The translations under genes were made by a program, and so were the position numbers. This document shows positions 49,690-61,651 of a stretch of DNA of 64,000 bases, piece by piece; the first letter of the stretch is position 1, and each line of letters begins with the position of its first letter. This stretch comes from Takakia lepidozioides (taxonomy: Eukaryota > Plantae > Bryophyta), in assembly GCA_030704615.1 (NCBI GenBank), contig CM060733.1:11036001-11100000 (forward strand). The letters run 5' to 3'. The notes under the pieces are model-generated. The model was not told where the DNA came from. It was given only the letters and a program-made list of their open reading frames with translations, and did no database searches.

Positions 49690-51150
49690 GTAACAAGAGT
49701 ATGTCTCCTATCCACAGCAGTTCTCAGTCAGATACATGTAGTTGGAAACTCCACTGTCCAATTAAAGGTTGGAGGTTTTTACAGTTGTAAAGTTGCAATA
49801 GGCTTGTCATCACCTAGAGAAATGCTAACACTCCTGGAACCATACAATGACCATTCATACCCTGGAAGATGGACAGAAAGGCACATCCTAGATTTCTGTA
49901 CTTATTTCTGTACTAGCCTATTTCTCTATGGGACTCTCATTTATCCAACTACGACTGGAATGTCCCCACTATGCTGAATGGAGTCATATGACATGGCAAT
50001 AGGTGTTGTCTAAGATACCCTTATGCATGGGCCGATTGGCCTCGGAGCAGGAGTCAGTGGAGGCACAGATATGGGCCCAGAGGGAATCAGCCTGCAGGGA
50101 AGCACTATGCTGTATGGACATATATGACAGTTGCTGTATGTGAGCAAGGCGCCTGCATCACATCTGTCCAGTGAAGATTCTTGCCTTTCGCACCTATAGC
50201 TACTCATCCTGCTGTTTAATTCTCACAGAAAACAGCAGGCCTACAACCTCGTGGCATATATTTCAAAAAGAGATTGCGATTGTTGGTAGTAGGAGTGGGA
50301 TTGAAGATTTGCGAGACGGAAAAGGCAATATTTAGGTACACACATGCATGTGCTTTGTATATATATGATCATGGTCTGTGTCTGTAGTCTAGATTACTAA
50401 GATTGCAACCCAGGTACTTGCAGGAGTTACATTTGACCTCTGTCCCTTGGAGGCTGTCTACTGATCAAAGAGTATAAGTGAGGGGGTTTCTATTCAACTG
50501 GAACTCACATTTTCATGAATTCAATTTGCGGAAAGTGGGCTCAATGAGATTACAAGCAGGCACATATCAGATTAAGGGACAATGGGAAGGACTGTAATGC
50601 CATGCCCCTGACCTCATAGCCAGATACTGCAAGCTTACCGGCCCTCTTTGAAGAACTGAGTGACCCCTACTGACAAGGTGATATTGGTTCGCCATCGCTT
50701 CGATGTATGCCTCCCGATGATGCAATGCACCATTGAAGTCCTTGCAGGCAGTTCATGGAGCAGAGCTATAACCAGGGTATCTTCTCTCTAGAATGGACTG
50801 CTGATATCCACAATGGATGAATAATCATGTGATGCCCTTGAGACAACAGCCAGCATGAGATGTTTATCTGTTTTAGATTGCCATGTCCGATGTAGGCTAT
50901 GAAAAGCAATACAGAAAGATTAGCATTTGCAATGAGTACTGCCACATTGGAGCTTCTCTATGTTGGTTCCGAGAATGTTTCTTGACAAGGCAGCAACTGA
51001 AGCATTTGTGAGGGTGGCATGAGCAGGCCCTGATGCACAGAGCCAACCGGTATTCTGTGCTCAAGACTGCTTTTCTCATATAGAGGTGGAGCACCTTGAG
51101 CTACAAGGCAGGACTTCATTGAAGGTGCCAGCAAATGTGGAATAGGCAGT
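49690..51150 (+). pseudogene. Decayed coding-like sequence, copy 1 of a local duplication
   Basis: Colinear similarity with 53560-54920 (VQLKV/IQLKV; TDKVILVRHRFDVC/TDNVMLVRHLLDVC). Confidence 0.45.
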
Positions 51151-53559
51151 GATCACATCATTTGCTACCTGTGAAGTACACTCTGGTGAATATCTTCATC
51201 AATCACCTAAGTACTAACCAAAGAGTTCTGAAGCCTCAATTGCAACTTCACACTCATGATCAAACCGTGTTCTATCTGATTTCAAGCATAGCTGTGGGTG
51301 TTGTCAAGCCACTATCCATCTTCTCTACTTCCTTTGCTAAACAACGTGGAAATCCTCTCCTAGTGCAGATTGCGATTTAAATCTACCTCTAGGATGGGCT
51401 TTAGGACTCTTGACGTCATCTTCATGCAATGAGTCTCTGGCATCTCTGCTCCTCGAAACTGCATTCATGTATACCTACATCGATTCAAACGACTGCGGAA
51501 GAAGAGATGCACAAATCAATCTCAGCTTTATTTATACTGGAGCTCGAAGTAGAGCTCAGTAGCACTCATATGAGCATGCGGATCTTGGTCATAGCAATGA
51601 TCTTGGACGCTAGTGTAAAGCCGCCCTTAGTGCGCATAGTATAGGCAAGAATCTGTATTCATCATACACGGTGGAGTTGAAGGGATAGCCATCTTCACAT
51701 CGTAAAAAGCTTGAACCTCTGTAGCACGTCAGGAAGCAAACACTCGTTTCTGAAGAAAGTACCAATTCAAAAGCTTTGCGCTTGAGAACCACTTGGGTAG
51801 AGAAGTAGCTCTCGATCATCACGGAGAACCATAGCTTCTAGTGCTTCTTCTGTTTCTTCTACTGCTGCAGCGAATGTGCGATGCGGCTGGTTCTCAGGCT
51901 GGTCAAAAGGAGCCACAGGCTGGCGGCCGGATGCACTACTGATGAGGCGGATACTGGGTGGGGCTGAGTGATGTCGACGGTCCTCACACTCAGCTGCAGA
52001 ACGAGAGGAGCGCCTGCCATGGCGCTTCATCTGTTGCTTGTGCACACGCCGGAGCTCATGGAAGAAATTGGCATGGGGTGAGAAAGCCTGAACAATAGGT
52101 GCCCTCGCAGTAGAAGGTCCACCATCTTCAGGACCAACGAGAATGGTGACAGAGCGGGTCATGGCACCATGCACGGTGGCATGTTCAGGGCTGTGAACGC
52201 GGCGATGGTGGTGATTTCTTTGGTGAGGACCATTCTTCGCACGGCACAGGTGGTGAAGGGGCTGGTGCTGGAAACCAGTATGGCCAGGGGCCCCATCAAA
52301 GCACAACACAGGAACAGTTACCCCGTCAACAGAAACCATGGCGAGTATATCTAGGGCCACAGCTCCCAGCAGCGAGAAGAAGCCATCTCTCTAACCGACC
52401 CACCCCTTCATTCTAATCAGCCAGGAAGGCACAGGATACAACACGGCTGATGCAATCTCAAGGCCTGTCGCCGCAGATCCGAGGAGACACACTTCACAAG
52501 AAGCTCGGAGGATTATCGCCATTTCTTGTCTGAACAAAAGCTTGAAGAGCAAAGCAATCCTCTTCAGTGGTCGGTGCTGGTTCTACATCCAAGAACCATA
52601 ACTGGTCACCCGCCTGTCAGGTTTGATTCCTTCTGTCCGTTTGAAGTCAAGTGTGGATCTCCTTCTGCAGTTAGGGTTTTTGTTTGTTCTAAAGTCTGGC
52701 AAAGTAATACAATTGCTGTAGCGCAGACAGAGTGCCTCTTGCAGAGAGGAAAGGATATTTGTAGTGCAAAGCTAGTGTAATCTGCACTTACAAAACACTT
52801 TTGGAAGGAATCTAGGGTTCAGGGTTTAAGAGGAAGCCACTCAATCCTGCAATTCTTGGAAAGAACTGGGTGTTGGTACAAGGAACTAGGAAAGTGTCTG
52901 CCATAGACATCCACCAGGCAAGGAAGGGGGTGGGGGTGATAAGTGAAAAGATTTCTGACTCTCCAGGTCTCTCGTGGGTGTTTCATAATTAGTGTGAGCA
53001 AAAGCTCCCTCGGCATTATGCTCCTCTCCTCATGTCTTCTTTTTCCATTGCAACTACATTGCTGAATACAAACCTCATTCATAACCAAGAGTACAAATTC
53101 ATCACACAGATACATTCTCTAACTTGTCTTGGCTTACCGAAAAGAATCATAAACATGCTCAAACATCACAGTATGCTTCAATTTAGCTGATGATTTTGAG
53201 TTATCCAGCAATTGAGCTTTGACGCCTTGATAAGCATGGATGCTATTCTGGTTTGTTTGTTGTTCTACATGTTCCATAGACCCTCTGGTCAAAACATGGA
53301 AGATTTGTTCTTACTCTGTCGAACTCTTTGGGCTTCTCTTTGGCTTGTGGATGTCAAAGTGTCTTTGTTTCAAGAAAAAAGCCCTGTAGAGACTTACATC
53401 TGCAATCTAGTAGCTCTTCCATTCTTTGCGTGGGGGCTATGTTAGATATTCTACTTGAAACATGTATAGTCATACTAAGAGATAGATATATTATCATTAA
53501 GTTACATTTGCAAGGAGCAGTTCATTTATGGGCATAGGGAGGATAATGCTGTCATATTT

Positions 53560-54920
53560 CTCCTGTCTACGGATTATCTAGAGCAATTATCACATTCACT
53601 TGGAAGTTCCAGCATTCAATTAAAGGTTGAAAGCTTTATGGTTATCAAACCTGCAACAGGTTTGTTATCATCTAAAGAAATGCAAGCATCGAGCTCCAAG
53701 ATCTGCTATTGGATCAAGCATGTTGCCATGGGAATTATGCAATGCTCATTCATATCCTTTTGGGTGGAAAAAGAGGTGCACGAGTACCTTTCCGTACTCC
53801 TTAATGCCCATTGTCTTCTGTTACTAAGATCTTTCTATTTGGGACTATTGTTATAAACAAGAACAAACTCAGTTCCAACTGAATGTCCTCAGTATGTTGA
53901 ATGGAATGATATGACGATGATAACAGGCATAGCAAGTCACCTGTCACATGCCCAAGTTGGGCCTGGAGCAGCATGAGTCAGTAGAGAGAATTAGCCTACA
54001 GGGAAGAGTGAGCTGCATGGATTGTGTGTTGCAGTTGAAAATAATCAGCAGGACCAGTAGCTATAGATGCCAAAGGCAAGAATCATCACTGAGTGGATGC
54101 GATGCAGACACCTTGCTGGACCTACAAACCAGCATCTCTGTTTCTTCTCAGATCACAATGCACTATCCTGCAAGGTCTAGTTTACTAAAACCTCAATCTC
54201 GGAGGCTAAGGCTCTAACTGAGGGGATGGTCACCTTGACGGAGCTCATCATCCTGGTGAACCAACTTTTAGTATGCTGGATTGCATTGTTACAATCAGAC
54301 AAAATGACAATCAGAGTACCACAAGGACAATGAAAAGGATATTAAGGTGCTCCTGTCCTTGATGGCTAGATATTGTGGCTAGATATTGTGGCAAACTATG
54401 AATTATTGGGAGAGGTATTACTGTGCTCAACCTTAGAATGGGTGAAGGTGAAGTTTCTCAACCATCACCAAGGCCTTTGTGTGGAAAGCACAGATTGCAG
54501 CTATCCCCTGGAGTTTTATTGGCCCTTTAAGAGCAGAGTGGCCGCCACTGACAACGTCATGTTGGTCAGGCATCTCCTTGATGTATGCCGGGGCACTTCA
54601 GACAATGGAATGCACCATTGAATTTTGGTCCAGTTTACACACCAGAGCAGAGACTGGGGCATTTTTGGCGAGGAGTGAAATCATCTGAAAGATAGATTTG
54701 CTGGCTAAACACCTGCTAAAAATATGCATTGTTGCAAAAACAAAGCAAGGGCGATTTTGCAGAATTTGGAGTATCCTGCCAGATAGTCAAGGAAGCAATC
54801 CCTTTGAACTGGCTCGCTTGTGCAGATGCCCAGATCTCAGGGACTTGTCCCTTTGAAGGTGGTGCACACGCGAAATATGAGGGGCCAATGACTGAGATAT
54901 GTCATTGCTGATCAGATCTG
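53560..54920 (+). pseudogene. Decayed coding-like sequence, copy 2, with an internal ~85-bp inversion relative to copy 1
   Basis: See copy 1; 54040-54125 is the approximate reverse complement of 50140-50225. Confidence 0.45.
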
Positions 54921-56112
54921 CAGCACAATTCCACTTTACATGATGTGGTTATGTACAACTCTCCTGATGGAAAAACAACTTTACACTTCTTCAACAACAG
55001 ATACTCATATCAGCATCATATTGTACCTCCATTCTTCTGTAAACTCTTCTGCATCAAAAAAAGCAGTTTCACCAGTTGAACATCCGATCACACTCCATGC
55101 ACTACGTTTGAAAACGTTGGCATTCCTTTTTTTTTGGTATCTTTACTGTATTTTACAGCACCTACACACTACTTTCCTGAGTAGGATTGACGGCCGAACT
55201 GTGTCAAAGTCAAGCAAATAAGTAATATACTAGTAGTATCATACTCATGCAGTCTGCCTTGGGCATCAGGATGACATCGTTGAACCGTTGACACTTTCAA
55301 ACGACCTCCAACTACAATTCAGACAACTCACGCCAAACGGAAGGTACACAGCATTGCAAGAATCATTGAATTTCATGATATGGAACACGACCCCCATGCA
55401 TGCGTTGAGTGGCACTCAAAGTGCCTCCAGGCTCCTCCTGCAGCGAATCACTAAGAGCAGCGTTGATTGCTCACCACGTTTCCAATTAGTTCTCTTGACG
55501 CTTCTTTAGCCTAATATTACTCCCCCTCCGGCCTTCAGATACTTTGGTGGGAGAAAAAAAACAACACGTCCGGTTGCTTGGGACAGAAGGCAGACTTTGG
55601 GAGCCTGCCCGGAAGGGATCCTGTCCAGGCAACGCGACAACTACATTACAAAGAAAGTACAGAGAAACAAACACAGAATGAACATGGCGGGCCATACGTA
55701 GCTCTTTCCCTGGCTGCTTGTTTCTCTTCGTCCGTTTGAGAGAAAAAGTAATGCTGCTTTGACTGGCATCTTGTCCTCTTCCTGCCTCCTTGCTCCACCA
55801 TTGCGCAGTGTGTGGATAATTGCTGGCGTCTGCCTGGGCCTTGTTAGTCCTCTTTGTCTCATAAGCCCAAATATGAAAGAGTTAACTTTCCCCCTCCTGA
55901 CCAAGGTTTCCTTTTTATAAATTATAAAATAAGAACAAATAAATATAAAATTGGCATCAAGTAAGTTTCGTCCCTCAGTTTTTTTTTTGAAAGAGAAAAC
56001 TGTTCTAAATTTTTTATAAAAAAAAACTGTTCTGTAAAACAAAAAAGAAAAAAGAAAAAAGAAACTGAGTAAGGGCCCTGATTTCAACTGAAAGCCCCGA
56101 AGCAGTAGTTTC

Positions 56113-56941
56113 CAGTGTTGTACGGGTTGTGCCTTTTTAAGGAACCTGTATTTTTTTGGAGCCTAGTCCGGGTTCCAATCCGGGTTTATGAAATTTGGAA
56201 ACCGGGTTCGGGTCCGGGTTTTTGAACATGGAGCCTAGTCGGGTCCGGGTAGTTGCTGGAAAAAATTGACGGGTTCACGAGTTTGGATGTTCGGACCCGG
56301 GTCCAAATTAATTGATTAAGTAAATTAGAAAAATGAGATTAATTAGAAAGGTGGTATGATTTCTAGTTCACCATGCGCTCTAAGTATCCCCAGCTTTGAA
56401 ACAGAAGCTCCGAACTGGAAGAAATTGAGGCGGGTCATTGTAGATTCCATGTGGCGTCGTGGTATAGTGGTATATGTTTGTGATTCAGTGCTGAATGTAT
56501 AGCGCCAAGACTAGTGATCCTTCTTCCGCCTTGGCTTTGTACGCTCACTATTTTCTACTATCTAGACCTTTCCGCCGAATATCAGATGCATCTCTATATT
56601 ATCATTCGCGTGACTTTCCACCGAGATTTTTCCTCCTGCATGTGGATTTTAAGATTCCCAGCTGTCCTCACCATGTGTAAAAAATGGAGAATCTCCTATT
56701 TTTTTGGTCATATTTAAATAAATAAGTGAAAGATAAATGTCAGATAAATTTAATATTTTATTTTTTCAAAACTATTTCTACATGTATAAAATTATTTGTT
56801 TATAAAGAATTAAAACCCGGACCTGACCCCCTATACTGGCCCACGGGTAGGGGGTTTAATGGGTTCTTGACCTAGCAAGCGGGTCCGGGTCCGGGTTCAT
56901 TTCAGAAATGAACTGGGGTTTGGGTTCTTTGTGATTACAAG
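56113..56941. mobile_element. Non-autonomous hAT-like element
   Basis: 8-bp TSD GTAGTTTC (56105-12, 56942-49); CAGTGTTG left end; clusters of CCGGGT/ACCCGG near both ends; right TIR damaged. Confidence 0.55.
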
Positions 56942-57714
56942 GTAGTTTCCCTTTCAAAATTATAACATAAAATAAAAGTGATCACTTTGAGTTTCACTAA
57001 GTATTCAATGAAAAAAGTTCAACTTTACATAGGCTCGGTGACCCTACATTGCGGAACAGGGCTTTATAAATACACCATAGCTGGCTTTGCATTCATATAC
57101 TAAACTTGAGTGTTTACCAGGCCCCTCTGATTTTTGAGTACCATCCGAATTTGAACGAATAAAATTGTGTTTTATTTTTCAAAAAACATTGGGTACTGGT
57201 TCTCTAAGTTAAGACTCCTTTCAAGTTTACTACAATAAAGCTTTAGCTTTAGAAAAACTCCTTTAATACTATCATTGGATTTATCAATGATGGTGACGCT
57301 TAACGCATTCGGTAACTCTAGTAAGTCTAATCAATCACCAAAATAAGCTCAATGCTCTCCACCTTCCAAACAGAAGAGACACAATGCTATAAAAGGGAGA
57401 TGCAAAAACAAGGAAATGTATATTGCCGTATTGCAAAGCATAAATAGAATATGCTCTTTCAACTGTCAACTTACACCTTGCCATATACCTTTTCAAACCA
57501 AAAAAACAAAAAAAACCCTAGTTTAAGCCCTGGGCTTTGAAAAAGAAGAGAGGACACACCTGCCAAGGAGGACCTGTGGTGCCGGATAATGCGTGTATGC
57601 GACAATTACTGAAATAGATGGTCGTCGAAGATCACCACAGTTGTTAAATCCTCCCTAGTATGTGGGCACTTTAGGATTTTGCTACATGATTTTGTTTCGA
57701 GTCCAAAATATTAA

Positions 57715-57862
57715 TCTACATAAAGGGTAAGAGTAGAGGTAAATCATTTACCCTTATCCTTATTAATCTGCCAAGTAAATCCGGGTAAATGATTTACCTA
57801 CACACCACTGTCGACCTTAACCTTAGACTAGGGTAGCCTATGCCGTTGCCCCAAGTGTCTAG
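57715..57862 (+). mobile_element. 148-bp mini-Helitron
   Basis: A|TCTACATA 5' end; subterminal hairpin GGGTAGC..GTTGCCC; CTAG|T 3' end; no TSD. Confidence 0.65.
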
Positions 57863-60800
57863 TAGCAGCTAAGTCCAAGTGCAATCCCCTATCTATCCAC
57901 AGACCTTGGACTGTGGGAGATCTCTACCAGTCATTGTTCTAGGACAGCCCACTTTGCTATTTTCCATGAATGTCCAACACCGAAAAGTACTTGAAATTCA
58001 GTATCTCCCACACTGCAGGTCCCAAAATTACCTGGTGCACCCCTCCTCATCAAGGGCTGTCCAACGTTACCAAGCACCAGGGGCTCGGGCGGTGGTTTGG
58101 GAGATCTCAACGCTACAAAACAAAACAAACAAACTACCTTGCTTCATATATTGATCATGGGTTGCTCCCATAAAACTTGTTGGGAAGAGGTAGTTTCAAA
58201 ATTAACAACACAAAATATTGTACGAATATTATTATTGTTATTAAATTGCTTTGGATCAACTAGCCAAGTGGTCCCTTTGAAAAATAGAAAAAGAAAATCA
58301 TCATTTATCTTATATCATGGGTTGTTTCAATTACCCAATTCTTGCTGAAATTTATTGTCCATAAATTTCTTCATTAATTTTTATTATTATTAATATTATT
58401 ATTTTGAAAGGGGATGAAGCCCATCAAATTTATATGTTATTATTACTACTTCAGATCAACTTGGTCAAGTGGTCCTTAGTAAAAACCTTATATCATGGGC
58501 TCAAATTCCCATAAAACTTGCTAATAACATGTAGTTGTTTAAGAAGAAATTACTTCATTAGTTATATAGATTATTATGCAATTATAATAATTAACAGTAA
58601 AATCACTTCATAATTACTACATTCATAAAATATGTAATGTATTTTGTGCCTTGTTTCCCAATATTTCTTTCCTGTGGGAATTTAGTAGCCAGATTAATTC
58701 TCGAAACTTCATTCTCAGAATTTTGATTCCCCAACATATAGCCTGTGTCAGCCAAAAAAACTCAACGAGTTCCTTACAAAATTCTTTTTATCATATCAAC
58801 AGTCAAGCTTTTGACCCACTGTTCTTTTGTTGGTCAGATTTTCCTTCTACATAACAAAGAAGAAGCATGAAACAAAAGAAAAAACATCCATAAATTTTGG
58901 TGTGTCCAAGTTCTCGCACCTTCCAATTAAATGGAAGGCAGAAGTCCAGTGACACCATGTGTTATGTCTGCTTCGAGAAAAGTAGTTCATGGCGGCAGTG
59001 GTTGATGTAACATACTCAACTAATTGTTAGGTGTTGAGCGTAAATTCAGCATATCTTTCCCCCCTCCTCTTTCTACTACTAGGTAGGGGGCATGGTTGCT
59101 AGGGGCTCCAACATATTCATTGGCATTTGGTCAGGCTGGGGATCCTAAAACATGTCATTGAAATGGCCTTGTCGGAAAAATAAACCCCTTTCTAAGTTGA
59201 GTATCCTTCCTCTTAAGGTTATAAATAGTGTTGTATGGATAACTTTCTAAATTTCTTACTTATCCCCCAGGTCAGGATAAGTAATTTAGAAGATTGTTTT
59301 TCCTCCAGATAAGGATAAATGATTTTTCTCCTCTGATCACTAATAGCATAATAATATATGAGAAGGAAGCGTAAATTATGGTGTAAATTATGGTATATAT
59401 ACATATTTGCTGGGTCCTGACCTCGTCCCAGACACCATCTCAAATTCTAATCACATAGATTTTTTAGTTTTGTTTTTATTTTCTTGGGAAAGGGGATAGA
59501 AACCCTGAAATTTTATAGCAAGGGACTAAAAGCCCAAGGAGTACAATGAGGAAAAATAACCTCTGAGTTGGGTGCCATAGAGGCTGATCCAGGAAGACAC
59601 CGCCTCGTGACCAAAGCTATGCAGGGATGAGGATGAGGATGAAATTGAAAAGAAGTTAGAATGCCCGAGGATCCAGCAACATGAAACCAAGAAGGGCACT
59701 AAGAGCCAGTAAGTTAGCTTCCGCGCTTCTTTTCGTAAGGCTCAAAAGACAAATGAGTTCTAGATCTAGTTTTCCTAGGAGAGCGCCAATTCACTTCGGA
59801 CTCCTCAGCCGGGGAAAGATGGGCACTAAAGGAGCTCCCAGCCTGATGAGATGGTGTTATTAACGTTGTTACTCACCCGGCTACAAGTCGTTAAGAAAAT
59901 TGTCCATGTAATAAACAACAAACTGTACTGTCTTATAGGGCCTACTATTCCTTGTACCTTTTTTAAAAAAGGTGAACAGGGGACAGAGGCCCTGGATTAA
60001 TTTTATGAAGTTTATTTCCGGGAAAAAAATTAAAACCCCTGAAACTTACAAAGGGGAACCTATTGTCAGGTGACTGGTCATTTTAATTGCTATTTTTTAA
60101 TGAAAGGGAGATGGGGCTCAGCCTCAAGTAAATTGCAAAATAAAGGAAAAAATAACCCTTGAAGGCTTACATAAGATGGGACAACAACCTATAACTGCCC
60201 AACTTACCTGGCAAAAAACGTTTGGATGTGGGATCAAGAGTGAATGTGTAGTCATTCAATACAAATTGGGCTCAATTTTTTTGATTAAATGACCGCAAAG
60301 ATTTGGTGGCTCAGCCATTACATCCTATGTGGCCAAATCCCAGGGGTACCATTGGTACCTCTATAGCCCGGCAACGACACCTGTTTTTCTTATAGGGCCC
60401 ACCCCCCAAAGGGAGCAGTAGCCGCAAAGTGAAGTGGCTCTTAGTTACGTCGGCTTCGGCCGGAGTCTTCTCTCTATGTGGCCAAATCTTTGGGTTGCCT
60501 ACATGTTACACGACGAGCATTCCTAAGGTCTATTATCCTCTCATCCACAGTCAAATTTTTAATTCGGAGGTCGAGCGGACACATTGCTAACCCGCCGGCT
60601 TCCCGAGAATCGGTGCGCTGTGACAGGGTGGAAACAGATTGTTGATTCGGCTAGCCACACTCTAGTGAGCTTTTGTCCGCTTTGACCATTAATAGGACAC
60701 TAACCTACTAACCATGTACATTGGGAGGCTGATCGAACAACTACTTGTATGGAACAAAACAATTACATCTATGGACGAACAGCTCACCGGCTCACCATGT

Positions 60801-60964
60801 CCGCTAGTAATCCCAGTAATGTATGAATTAGTTGTCGTCTTCCGGGAGCTCAGGTTAGAGAATGCTTTCTATCAACTGCCCCTGATCACCATCTACAAGA
60901 TAGATGGATGAACATTCTCATCCACTATCAGTTTCGGAAGGAGTCGATTATTATTGAGCGCCAT

Positions 60965-61095
60965 TAAGTAGCGCGCGGCGGGCTCCTTAGACCGCGCGGG
61001 CCAGCGTGGCTGCATCGTGGCCGTTGGAGACAGAGATGGGCTGAGTATCAGCAGCGAGTGAAATTAGCTGAAAATGGCGCTACCACGTGGCGTTC
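60965..61095 (+). promoter_or_regulatory. GC-rich cis-element cluster upstream of RBOH (CGCG boxes, G-box/ABRE)
   Basis: GCGCGCGG ~60971, CCGCGCGG ~60992, CCACGTGGC 61083. Confidence 0.45.
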
Positions 61096-61651
61096 CTTGG
61101 TTGCTTGAGACCCGACCACCCTGGGGTGATACAGTCAACGGGCCTCTGTGACCCCTGCGAAGGGGTGAAACGGAACCCGGCGCTGCCCCCGGTGCGCGTA
61201 CTTGCTGTCTCACAGTCAGTCATCCTCCTCTCGTCGAGCCGTCTCTTTCTCTCTCTCGCGCGCTTCCTCGGACCTTGCTCCAAACACGGCGCGCATTTCA
61301 CCTCCTACATATATTGGAATCTGCAGAAGCATTAACGGCAATGCCTGTAGCCTACTCAAGACCAGAGGCGAGTCTGCGATGTGCTATGGCTGCTGCATTC
61401 TGAATGCTGAGCCTGTTTCACTTATGCTTTCACCTTGCGTGGGGCGGGGGATGGCTTGCAAGCTCTAACCAGCCCCCGTCACTTGCATGCCCTTGCTCTG
61501 CCGGACTGATTCTGGAGTCTAGTCTACTGCTGTCGTTGCAGTTTGGTGGTGACTCTGGGGGAGCGCAGGCAGCAGAGACACGGTAGTGAGGAGTGATCTG
61601 CTGACAAGAAAGCTCCCCCAGAGGTGGACTTGTGGAAGCTGCCGCGGGCTG

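Noticed and set aside
58140-60500. Short AT-rich duplications and ORF 59681-59863
   Set aside because: Probably decayed TE debris; no termini or protein motif could be supported.
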